Origin: Eledone cirrhosa
Lineage: Eukaryota
Assembly: GCA_964016885.1 (NCBI GenBank)
Contig: OZ024744.1
Coordinates: 107,260,001-107,324,000 of the forward strand
Direction of reading: 5' to 3'
Length of the DNA stretch: 64,000 nucleotides
The notes below the pieces were generated by a model, which was given only the letters and a program-made list of their open reading frames with translations, was not told the origin of the DNA and did not search any database. Positions 11,531-22,169 of this stretch are shown here, one piece after another; positions within the stretch are counted from its first letter, which is position 1, and each line of letters begins with the position of its first letter. The position numbers and the translations under genes are program-made.

Positions 11531-11726
11531 AGAGAGAGATATGCAAAATCTTGGATTTTTTTTTTTATGTAAGAACTTTTGAACGAAGAATAAATTCTAA
11601 AATTAAGTAACGTTTTACCTTTCATCTTTCGTTTTGACAAATGAAATATACAAATAGAAAATGTATACGCCATATCTCAATTTCTATTTTTCTTAAATCA
11701 GTTTTCACTAATACTATTTATTTGTA

Positions 11727-12900
11727 CGGTGGATTGGCAGTATCGGTAGAGGGTCGGACGCCATGCTTTCCAGCACAGTTACGTCCCTTTACGATCTGAG
11801 TTCAAATCCCGCCGAGGTTGACTTTGCCTTTCATCCTTACGGGGGTACGATAAAATAAAGTACCAGTAATGCACTGGGTAATTGCTGGCATTGTGCCTAA
11901 AGTAGAAACAACTATTTATTTGTACGGTTTAAATGTAAATGATGTGAATTGTTTTGGCTTAATGTAGACGTGGTAAATTATAATATCTTTTAATTATATT
12001 TCTTTTATTTCAGGGCATATATTGTGACCATGCTGGGACACTGCAGTCAATCATATCAATACCAGTCATAGAGGGTCGGACGCCATGCTTTACGATCTGA
12101 GTTCAAATCCCGCCGAGGTTGACTTTGCCTTTCATCCTTATGGGGTCGATAAAATAAAGTACCAGTAATGCACTGGATAATTGCTGGCCTTGTGCCTAAA
12201 GTAGAAACAATTATGTGGATTGGCAGTATCGGTAGAGGGTCGGACGCCATGCTTTGACGCATAGAGTTACGGCCCTTGCCATTCTGAGTTCAAATCCCGC
12301 CGAGGTTAACTTTGCCTTTCATCCTTACGGGGGTACGATAAAATAAAGTACCAGTAATACACTGGGTAATTTGCTGGCCTTGTGCCTAATGTAGAAATAA
12401 TTATTCTTATCAAGTCTGCTATAGATTTTATCCAATCTTTTTATTGAACTGCTAGATCACGGAACAAACAGTAGACGCAAACACATATACGAACACTAAC
12501 ATACAGGGTGGTGTATATATATAGGATTGGTTTCTAGATTTTCCGTTTACCAAATATCATTAGCTATAGTATAAAACACTTGCCGGTGGTACTAGATAGG
12601 TGAGCAATCCTAGAACCACGTCATTGCGAAAAGAACTCCTTAATCACAGACCCATCCCTAGTCTTATTTTGTATAAGTTGCATCAATTAGAAGCAAATAC
12701 AATGAAAAATTTAGGCAATAATAATTTTCTACTTTTTGGCACAAGGCCAGCAATCATCCCAGTGCATTACTGGTACTTTATTTTATCGACCCCGTAAGGA
12801 TGAAAGGCAAAGTTAACCTCGGCGGGATTTGAACTCAGATCATAAAGGGACGTAACTCTATGCTTCAAAGCATGGTGTCCGACTCTCTACCGATACTGCC
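11727..12900. mobile_element. Cluster of family A SINEs (11727-11915+, 12070-12212+, 12216-12405+, 12720-12900-)
   Basis: Each matches the 6000-6190 consensus. Confidence 0.9.
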
Positions 12901-13427
12901 AAAGGCAATAATAATGGTTTCTGTATTAGTAACAAGATCAGCATTTAAAAGGAAAGCTATGTCGATTAAATCGATTTCCTGTAAACGTCCCCAGATGAAA
13001 GGCAAAGTTGGCGATGGTGGGATTCGAACTCAAAGAATAATATGAACTAATTATGTTATTACCGAGCCCTTATTACTAGTTATATAGATAGTAGCTATCA
13101 CTAGTTATATAGATCAGATACAGTAACAAATTATTTAGAATTGAAATTATAAAATATGTCCAATACATATGTTATTTAAGATTATAATTATTTTAGCCAG
13201 AGTATATCATCACTAATAACACTGTAGGTGTTGTTAGGACAGCAACAACAACAATAACACCAACGACGACGACAACAACGACACTACCACCAAAACAGAC
13301 ATTCTAACACAATGATGAATGAAATACCAGGCTGAAACAACATAAAACATATTTAGCAACACTTAACAGTATAATGGTAATACCAAACAAAGGGGGACAG
13401 AGAAGCAAATAGTTTTACGCGCACACA

Positions 13428-13461
<34 letters not shown>

Positions 13462-13717
13462 ATGTAAATATACATGTGTGTGTGTGTGTATATACACACA
13501 CGCACGTACGAGTGTAAACAAAACATTACAAATTGTCTATAATAATTGTTTCTACATTTGGCACAAGCCCAATAATTTGAAGGGAAAATTGATTAAATCT
13601 ACCCCAGGAGAGATTTGAACTCAGAATATAAAGGCCCATAACTATATACTGTAAGCATGTTGTCAGACGCTCTACCAATTCACTGACAATCTATCACATT
13701 GGTGTCCGAAACATTAA

Positions 13718-13748
<31 letters not shown>

Positions 13749-13750
13749 GC

Positions 13751-13818
<68 letters not shown>

Positions 13819-13923
13819 AATATATATAAAATAAATATGGTTTTATAAATATAAATGTAGTTTCCATTTATTAATATATTGTGTATTTACTCCACTAAAC
13901 CGTTGAGTGCTTTATATCAGTTA

Positions 13924-15040
13924 CTAGCAGTAAAGCCCGGCGTTGCTCGGGGTCGCTCAGAAGCTGTGTTAAAGTTACAATGTTAAGTTTCTTTCTTGGC
14001 TTAAAAACTGTAGTGTCTACTGTGCAGACTTGCATGTGGTGTTTTTGATTAATATTCCCTCAACCAACAATATGCCTTATGAAGTTAAGAAAACATAACG
14101 ATAACCCGAATGTTATAACAAAAGAGGATGCTGGGGATAGAAACTGCACTGGTTATTTATTAACAAAGATCGGAAATGTAAACACTGCAACGCAGAGAAA
14201 AACATTAGCGTAACCAAATTATCAGTTATGTCTGTCTGCACGCCTATATCACCTCTCTGCACGACTGTCTGTCTGCACGCCTATATCACCTCTCTGCACG
14301 ACTGTCTGTCTGCACGCCTATATCACCTCTCTGCACGACTGTCTGTCTGCACGCCTATATCACCTCTCTGCACGACTGTCTGTCTGCACGCCTATATCAC
14401 CTCTCTGCACGACTGTCTGTCTGCACGCCTATATCACCTCTCTGCACGACTATCTGTCTGCACGCCTATATCACCTCTCTGCACGACTGTCTGTCTGCAC
14501 GCCTATATCACCTCTCTGCACGACTGTCTGCACGCCTATATCACCTCTCTGCACGACTATCTGTCTGCACGCGTATATCACCTCTCTGCACGACTGTCTG
14601 TCTGCACGCCTAACGACGAAATATTTGCTTGTTTTACGTAGTCTTTAAATAGACTTGTTTTCAAGTAAAAATATTGTTTTAAAATGCTTTTAAATGGAAA
14701 TGAAGCAAAACGGAAGCTTATTGTTCGAACTGATGAATTTTGCAGGTCAATATTTTGCTGGCTCGACAACTGTTAAAGCCAGCGTAATTTTTTACGTAAG
14801 ACGCTCAATGTAAACAGAACAAAGGGAAATAACTGATAACTTACGCTCAAAAATCGATACATTATATTCGATTTCGTCACATAGGGTGGGTCAATTTGAA
14901 ATTTTTTTTTTTCCGATGTCTTCGCTAGGGCTCAATGTACAAGTATAGCAATTTCGGTGCAATTCCGTGAGAGATTCTAAGAGGAGATGTGTGCCAAAAA
15001 TCGATAGACAGACAGACAACCACAGTTTTATATATATAGA
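13924..15040 (-). mobile_element. Non-autonomous Helitron
   Basis: Minus strand begins A|TCTATATATATAAAA...(GTCT)n and ends with hairpin CCCGAGCAACGCCGGG then CTAG|T. Inserted at AT with no TSD. Confidence 0.9.
14229..14611. repeat. 37-bp minisatellite (~10 copies) inside the Helitron
   Basis: Unit CTGTCTGTCTGCACGCCTATATCACCTCTCTGCACGA. Confidence 0.95.
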
Positions 15041-15110
15041 TTAAACATTTTTAAGCTTGTTGAATCCCAACAAATTAAATATAACCTCTGCATATATATA
15101 TCTATATATA

Positions 15111-15341
15111 TCTTCAGTGAGAGGTCACAGAATGTATGACGAAAGAACTTTGACAATATATGAACAACCGTCCGGTTGTGGAACCAACCAACCAACCGGA
15201 AATTTATAATAAATTAGAGTGAAAGCAACTGGTGCGTGTGTTTCTTATTGGCAACCCCAAGGCATAACAATATCGGTATCAAAGCATAACAATATCAACA
15301 CAAGTTTTCAGATAAAGAATCTTGCTAAACAAATTCAGAAA

Positions 15342-15342
<1 letters not shown>
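15111..15342 (+). mobile_element. Family C repeat, 5' truncated with a micro-inversion
   Basis: Matches 10529-10757. The leading TCTTCAGTGA is the reverse complement of TCACTGAAGA. Confidence 0.65.
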
Positions 15343-15379
<37 letters not shown>

Positions 15380-15532
15380 TTAATTGTTATAATCTTGGTT
15401 GAAAAGGAGGTCATATAACTGTCCATTCATTAATAAATTGCTCCGAAGAATCCAAACCTCGGTCTGGAGGAAACAGCTGTAAGCACAATAATGTTTTGAA
15501 CAGTTCTTTGATTCTTATATTCTTATATTTCA

Positions 15533-16790
15533 AGGAATATGACGTCACTTTCAGCTTATATCTGGAGTCTAAAAGACAACCACACCCAATATAAGTTACA
15601 CTGGGAGATCCTAGCTAGGGCTAGATCGTATAACGGAAATAAAAGACCATGTGACCTCTGCGCCGCTGGGCCCTGGAAATACTCTACGCCACAGACCACA
15701 TCTTAAACAAAAAATCTGAGACAATTTCGGCTTGTAAACATAAATTGCACAAAACTTTCCTGTATTACAGCCCTACGTTATACCCTAACGGATAGCACGA
15801 TCTATACGTGGATATTTACGTCTTGATGTGGGAGCTAAGTATATGTTTTGTTTATTCCTTTACTTATTTGCATAGGTAAGTATATATTACCCGTATGTTT
15901 TGTGAAGGTATGTATACCTTCTCGTACGTATATTTGACTGTTTTGGCGTATAATTTTTACATATTTTGGTATTTAGGGCTTGGTTATGTGTATATGGGAG
16001 TTTTGCGTCTGCGTGAGTATGCAGGTTCGTACGTATGGTGGGTGTGTGTATATGTGTACTTCTTGTTTTAGTTGACTTACGTCTCCGAACCTTCATGTAT
16101 TTATTTGTAGGTATGTGTGTGCGCTTGTTATATACGTATTTATTTACTTATATACGTTTATATAATTATTTATTTATTTGTACACAAGCATACACACATA
16201 CACATATTTATATGTGGTTTTGTATACCTGTGGTAAGGTTTTGCGTATGCTTGTGTATGTACGTATCTGTTTGCGTGTATGTATTTATTTGTTCCTATTA
16301 CTTCTGTATTGTATTTATTTACTTTGTTCTTAACTCTGTAGCGGAGATTCATTCGGTCTCCTAGTTAGAATTTTAGTCTACGACTTCTGCTATACCATTT
16401 ACGTGGTTTTGTCTTTGCACGCTATTGTTCTCCACGCTCCACATATGACTTATTATCTTCGTTTTTTCGTTCATTGCCAAAGAACGTCTCTATGCACCAC
16501 TTAGAGAACATTAGTCTACGACCTCTTTTATACCATAAACGTGGTTCTGTCTTTGCGCGTAATTGTTTTTCACCGCTCCTATTAATGACGTATTATTCGT
16601 TTTTTCCCGTTCTTTGCCAGCGAACGTCACCATGAACCAAAGTATCGTCTTCCTGTCTTCCTCCGGTTGCAACGTTTTTTGAAATATCCAGTTCTGCGTT
16701 TACAGATTGACTTTGTTAGTTTCAGAAGATCCCGTTAAGGGTGAAAGCAGCGATTCTTTGCTTAAACTTTAATCTGTTATTTTAATAAAT
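15533..16790 (+). mobile_element. Penelope-like element 3' remnant: GIY-YIG endonuclease C-terminus plus pseudo-LTR
   Basis: 15533-15760 translates (one frameshift) to TSLSAYIWSLKDNHTQYKLHWEILARARSYNGNKRPCDLC...ILNKKSETISACKH, the Neptune-type PLE endonuclease tail. A ~135-bp tandem duplication lies at 16375-16640 and a degenerate hammerhead at ~16720-16755. Confidence 0.8.
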
Positions 16791-16917
16791 ATATATATAT
16801 ATATATATATAATTATAAATGTAAGCTATCACCGTATTTTGACTAAAGAAATTAAAGAAAATTATTTAGCCTGATAGTGGGGTTAAGAACCCTCGGAGAA
16901 ATGGAAAAAGATGAGTA

Positions 16918-16989
16918 TGGAGGTATATGGGAGTCGAACCCACATCTTTGGCTATCCAGACCACTGTGCTACCATTACATCAACACATC
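16918..16989 (-). tRNA. tRNA-like sequence or pseudo-tRNA (Gln-like D arm, GGA at the anticodon position)
   Basis: GATGTGTTGATGTAATGGTAGCACAGTGGTCTGGATAGCCAAAGATGTGGGTTCGACTCCCATATACCTCCA folds as a cloverleaf with a few mismatches. Confidence 0.5.
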
Positions 16990-17261
16990 ACCCGTCTTTT
17001 TCCCTTCGAATTAGAAGCTATAATCTTAGCAACTGTAAATGTCAAGTAACAATATTTTCGAAACAGCGAACGAGTTTGAAATTCTCCGAGGGTTCTTAAC
17101 CCCACTATCAGACTAAACAATTTTCTTTAATTTCTTTAGTTAAAATACGGCGATAGCTTACATTTATAATTTCAAACTGGCTCGCTGTTTCGAAAATATT
17201 CTTACTTGACATTTACTGTTGCTAAGATTATAGCTTCTAATTCGAATTGAAGAAGACGGGT

Positions 17262-17332
17262 GATGTATTGGTGTAATGGTAGCACAGTGGTCTGGATAAC
17301 CAAAGATGTGGGTTCGACTTCTATTTTTGTCA
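17262..17332 (+). tRNA. tRNA-like sequence or pseudo-tRNA (second copy)
   Basis: A-box TGGTGTAATGG, B-box GGTTCGACT; 3' acceptor strand degenerate. Confidence 0.45.
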
Positions 17333-17470
17333 ATACTCATCTTTTTCCATTTCTCCGAGGGTTCTAAACCCCACTATCAGGCTAAATAATTTTCTTTAAT
17401 TTCTTTAGTCAAAATACAGCGATAGCTTACATTTATAATTTCAAACTTGCTCGCTGTTTCGAAAATATTC

Positions 17471-17505
<35 letters not shown>

Positions 17506-17634
17506 TATATACATAAATGTAATCCGAGTTTTTCGAATAATAATCGATTTGTTTGCAATTATACAAATGGCCTCTTTAAGCCATGTCAGTAGAATCACCC
17601 GGTCATTCTTGCTCTTGTGTTGGCATGTAAACAG

Positions 17635-17683
17635 AACTGCAGACACTAATGTTTCTGGGTGATTACTCTTCATCAGTACAGTT
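17635..17683 (-). ncRNA. Type I hammerhead ribozyme (family D), GUC site
   Basis: AACTGTA CTGATGA AGAGT-AATC-ACCCA GAAA CA-TTAG-TG TC TGCAGTT; 7-bp stem I, 3-bp stem III, weakened stem II. Confidence 0.7.
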
Positions 17684-18401
17684 GGCTGCTTACAGTCAGA
17701 GCTAGTGAAATGATATAATATTTTCTAAAATATGCAGTGACTGATTGGCTTGATTTGCATATTAGCAGACTGGTTGATCAGTCAGATCTGTATATTAGCA
17801 GACCCACTGATCAGCCAGATTTGCATATCAGCAGATAGGCCAGTCAGTTTAATGCATACGAGTGATTATTGGCCAGTTTTGCCATATTCAAATAACTAAC
17901 AAATAGTTTATCGCTTTACATGGCTGAATACAATAAATGTAATCTGAGTTTTTCGAATATTAATAATAATTGTTTCACAAGGCCAGCAATTATCCAGTGT
18001 ATTACTGGTACTTTATTTTATCGAGTTAACCTCTTTTTTATATCATCATCATCATTTTACGTCCGCTTTTCCCTGATTGCAGGGAAAAGCGGACGTAAGA
18101 TGATGATGATATATAAATACACACACTATATTATTTATGTTCATACATGGAACAAAAGCACTACCTAAGGTTTTAAGGCCCAATATTGACTATATCTCCA
18201 GATTGTAAGAGGGTGCAAATATGTAACCTAGTCTTCAGACACTTAAACAAGTTTGAAGACACTGTTAAAAATATAGCGCGTTAAAGTCTTGTTTATAAAA
18301 ATGTTGGATAACAAAGGGAAATAACTGAAATATGTAAAATTGAAATGGTTATGTTAGTGTCTGTGTTTGCCATATAGCAGATGTTTGGTATTATATGGTG
18401 G

Positions 18402-18435
<34 letters not shown>

Positions 18436-18438
<3 letters not shown>

Positions 18439-18935
18439 CCATAACAGAGGAGTTTATATATATATATATATAAGCCATAACAGAGGAGTTTATATATATA
18501 TATAAGCCATAACAGAGGAGTTTAAAAATATATATAAGCCATAACAGAGGAGTTTAAGACTGGCTGTCCATGGGAACTTCTCTATGCTGACAATCTGGTT
18601 CTTATAGCAGAATCAGTAGAGGAGCTAGAGAATAAATTCTGGCTATGGAATCAAGAGAACTGAGAGTGAACCTAGCTAAGACAAAAGTGTTGATGAGTAG
18701 AAAAGAGGACAAAACTCTGATTCCGTCAGGGAAATGGCCATGTTAGATATGCAGAAAAGGAACTGGCATAAATTTTATAAAATGCACACAATGCAGATCC
18801 TGGGTACACAAGAGATATAGCGGGATTGCAGGCAAACTAACAGGTAGGGAGAAATACGTATGCAGTAGATGTACAGGGAAATTAGACAGTAGAAGACACA
18901 TTTTTTTACTTAAAATGATGATGATGATGATGATA
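18436..18935 (+). mobile_element. RTE LINE RT fragment with PHD-like Cys/His finger
   Basis: AITEEFKTGCPWELLYADNLVL...RVNLAKTKV...WPC-ICRKG...CTQCRSWVHKR...CSRC. Confidence 0.85.
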
Positions 18936-18990
18936 TATATATATATTATTTCAAAATATTAATAAATATAGACATTCATGTGATCAAATA

Positions 18991-19056
18991 TATTTTATTA
19001 TATATATTTCAGAGGTACTGTGCTGTTTCATCAGTACGTCCTCATCAGATAAAATA
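18991..19056 (-). ncRNA. Minimal type I hammerhead ribozyme (family A variant)
   Basis: TATTTTAT CTGATGA GGACGTACTG...CAGTACCTCT GAAA TATATA TA ATAAAATA; perfect 8-bp stem I. Confidence 0.8.
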
Positions 19057-19669
19057 AATTGATGTCTGACATACCTCAACTGTGCTGATGGCTCAATTCC
19101 AGTTTTGGCTGAAAACCTATCTGTTGAGTGCTTCTAATCTATTGTAAAACTATATTCATTGATTAATCAATGAACCTTGTTAAACTTTTGGTTATATATA
19201 TATATATATATATATATGATGGGGTCGAGGGAACAGCATTTTGACATGGCATGTCTTATGCATTTTAAACCTGCTGCAGCCCATCTCCTGCCAGGTTTGA
19301 ACACAGCTGATTTATTTCAGAGAAGGAGAGGCAACAACAGAGAGGAATGACAAAGATATAGAGGCAGATTTCACCCAAGTAACAGACTGGCATTTCTTTT
19401 ATCAAGCTCAAAAAGATGAAAGGCAACGTTCAGCTTAGAGGGATTTGAACTCAGAGAACAGAGAACTGGGACAAATACTGCAAACATTTTACCTGATATC
19501 ATTATAATAAAACCGAAGATCACATGACAACCACTTTGTGATAGATTTGTAAGGAAATTGTAATTTGAGGATGAGCTTTGATATCTTCCTCCATCACCCA
19601 GACTGTTGGCAACACATGCACCTACATAGTTTACAACTGCTATCCTATCTATTTATCTATCTATCTATT

Positions 19670-20045
19670 CCCTTCTTTAAGTATCACTTTAGAAGGAGAA
19701 TCAGGGTGGAGAGAGAGGCACTGCACCCCAGTAAATTTACTGAAAGGTGGGTGAATGAAGCGAAAATGGCCCGAGTGATTGGGCCTTCTCTGTTTATAAG
19801 CCTGTAAGTTGAGGAAGAGAGCAAAAGGAAGAAAGGAGCACTTGCACAACACGCTCCTGGAGTTGAGGGTTGATCTATCGACGGGGTATTAAACAACCCA
19901 TTTGTGGCGCCTCCCCCCTATTGGGGATTTCGATTGTTGAAATTGTTTGTTTTTATATTTTTTACATGACTATGTAAAATCCCCGGCATGTCTTTGTATT
20001 GTCCCCTTTTCTTGTTGCGCCCTTGTGGCTAATAAAGAAATATAT
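19670..20045 (+). mobile_element. L1/Tx1-clade LINE 3' end (5' truncated)
   Basis: ORF2 C-terminus FFKYHFRRRIRVERE...FTERWV, 3' UTR with AATAAA, flanked by (TATC)n-like sequence. Confidence 0.7.
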
Positions 20046-20269
20046 CTGTCTATCTCTTGGGATGGACACGTGTTAAACTTGCTTGGTAAGTTTTGTTTAA
20101 ATTTCTTTAGAAATTCATCATTGTGAACTTTTATTTTTATACCAATTTGTAAAGGGACTGACAGGTCAAATTTTGATCTGGTCAATCTCCCAAAATATTG
20201 TGCCCCTCAGGGCAAAAACATCCGACATATTTTCGAAAATATTTTTGCAAAACAGTTCAATTTTTAAAA

Positions 20270-20614
20270 ATGGCCGAAGCAAAGGCACCAACTTCTTTGT
20301 CAATACAAGAAGATGGGAAGAGAAAGCCATGCCTACTTGACCAGCAGGTAGTAGCAGACATGGACAAAGGTATGCCAACATTATCGCCTCAACATTTAGA
20401 AGAGGAACAAGCTTCAGCTGCTTGTAAGCAACTGAACACGCCTGATGTCACACACGTCACATGTATCCACACACAGAAGGAAGAATGTGTAGCAAATACT
20501 AACACCACCACAAGCAACATAAACAACAACAACAACAAATGAGAACAACAACAACACAACAAAAAGAATCAGCAGCAACAACGAATGAGACCATCACCAT
20601 CACTACCACCACCA

Positions 20615-20645
<31 letters not shown>

Positions 20646-22035
20646 AATTTCATTTGCAGCAACTGTTGCTAAGCAACAGGATTTTAAATATTACCCCATG
20701 GACATTTCCCAAAAGTCCCAATATTTGAAAGAAGCTTCCAACTATGTGACGTTTGAGGGAGACACCCCACACATACACATACCCCCACAAGTCGAACAGT
20801 TGACATCATTACCAAAAAACCCATAACGCTCCCAACAAGCACTATTGAAGCTGTACTAAAAGATATCAAGCCAGATGTAGCATACCTCCAAAGAGGTAAA
20901 CAGTATGGAAGTGAACCAGTTCTCTTTAAGAGTGAAACTCTGGCTCAAAAACACTCGGTTCACCCAATAAAAACGGATCAATACATCTTCCACACATACA
21001 TGGGACGAAGATCCTACGAAATAAAAATAACCAGGATCCCAGCAGAGGTCAACATATGGTGGATCCTACGCTGCATCCTGAAGAAGGATGAGGACACCCT
21101 CCTATCTGTAGACAGGACAGACCGGAATAACTGGTTTGGAACCTGCATCGAGGTTCTGGTACAAATGAGGCCAGAGAGAGTTGAGAAAATCCCGGACAGG
21201 ATCGTCCTTTGAGGAAGATGTCATCTCTATTTTAGTGGAGGGGAAAAGACCTCAGTGCCATAAGTGTGGGAAAACCACACACTTAAAGGCCTTTTTCCCT
21301 CTCTTAAACAAACCGAGGACAAATAAGATGTTATTACCAACACCAAAACCCCAACATCAACACTCCAAACCAAACACAACACAAAAACCTGCAACATCCA
21401 CTCCCACACCACCACCACACAAAATCCCACTGAAAAACGTTCCATTGCCTCCTCCCTCCCTGTCAAATACTTCCACAAAGACCTGCATAAACACTCCACC
21501 ACACAACATACCCCTCCCATCTACCCCTGATTCAGAAGTCTCAGACACGGGAACCTCTACATCTCCAAGTGAGAATGAAGAGGAACCCCAAAAATCCAAA
21601 AAACAAAAAAAAAGAGACAAAAAACACAAAAACAAAAACATCTACAGAAAACACGCACACACTCAACCCCACCATAAACACATTGCCACAAACGACAAAC
21701 ACACCAACAACACAATCACCACCATCACAACCAAACACTTCACCAACAAAACAAACACCCACACCACCACAATCACAAACCCCAATCACAAAAAGAAAAC
21801 TACAAACAGAAACAGCACACATAAAAAACAAAACACATTACACATACATAAAAACAACAAAGAATTGATAGAAACTGTCCAAAAGGATCCTACTATCCAA
21901 ACGGAAGGGAAAACCTTCCCCACCAACGACCCACTCCCAAACCTCAAACTGATCAGGGTAACAACCCTACAACATGAAACATTGAAAGGGACCTTCCCAC
22001 ATGATGTGGGCGCCCCTTGCCAAAAATCCCCTTAG
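20270..22035 (+). pseudogene. Tx1-like ORF1 (gag-like) pseudogene
   Basis: SFAATV motif, degenerate zinc knuckle CHKCGKTTHLKAFF, Pro/Thr/Lys low-complexity tail; broken by stops and frameshifts. Confidence 0.75.
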
Positions 22036-22169
22036 CTGTGTCCTGCTAAAAGGAATCCCTCACTCCCCAAACACCCCCAATCTGGACATGGAGATCGAAC
22101 AACCCGACCTCCAGGAAACGAAAAAGTAAGTGTTCCTGCCTTTTCTCTCCCTAACTCTTCTTCACCAAC

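Larger units (their letters stand above)
16811..17470. repeat. 269-bp unit in inverted plus tandem arrangement containing a tRNA-like cloverleaf
   Basis: One unit on the minus strand (16811-17082) and ~1.45 tandem units on the plus strand (17082-17470). Confidence 0.9.

Noticed and set aside
14228-14641. 137-aa Cys/His-rich ORF
   Set aside because: Translation of a 37-bp minisatellite cycling through three frames inside a Helitron.
16918-16989. Functional tRNA-Ser(GGA)
   Set aside because: It lacks the long variable arm of Ser tRNAs, has stem mismatches and sits in a repeat; kept only as tRNA-like.
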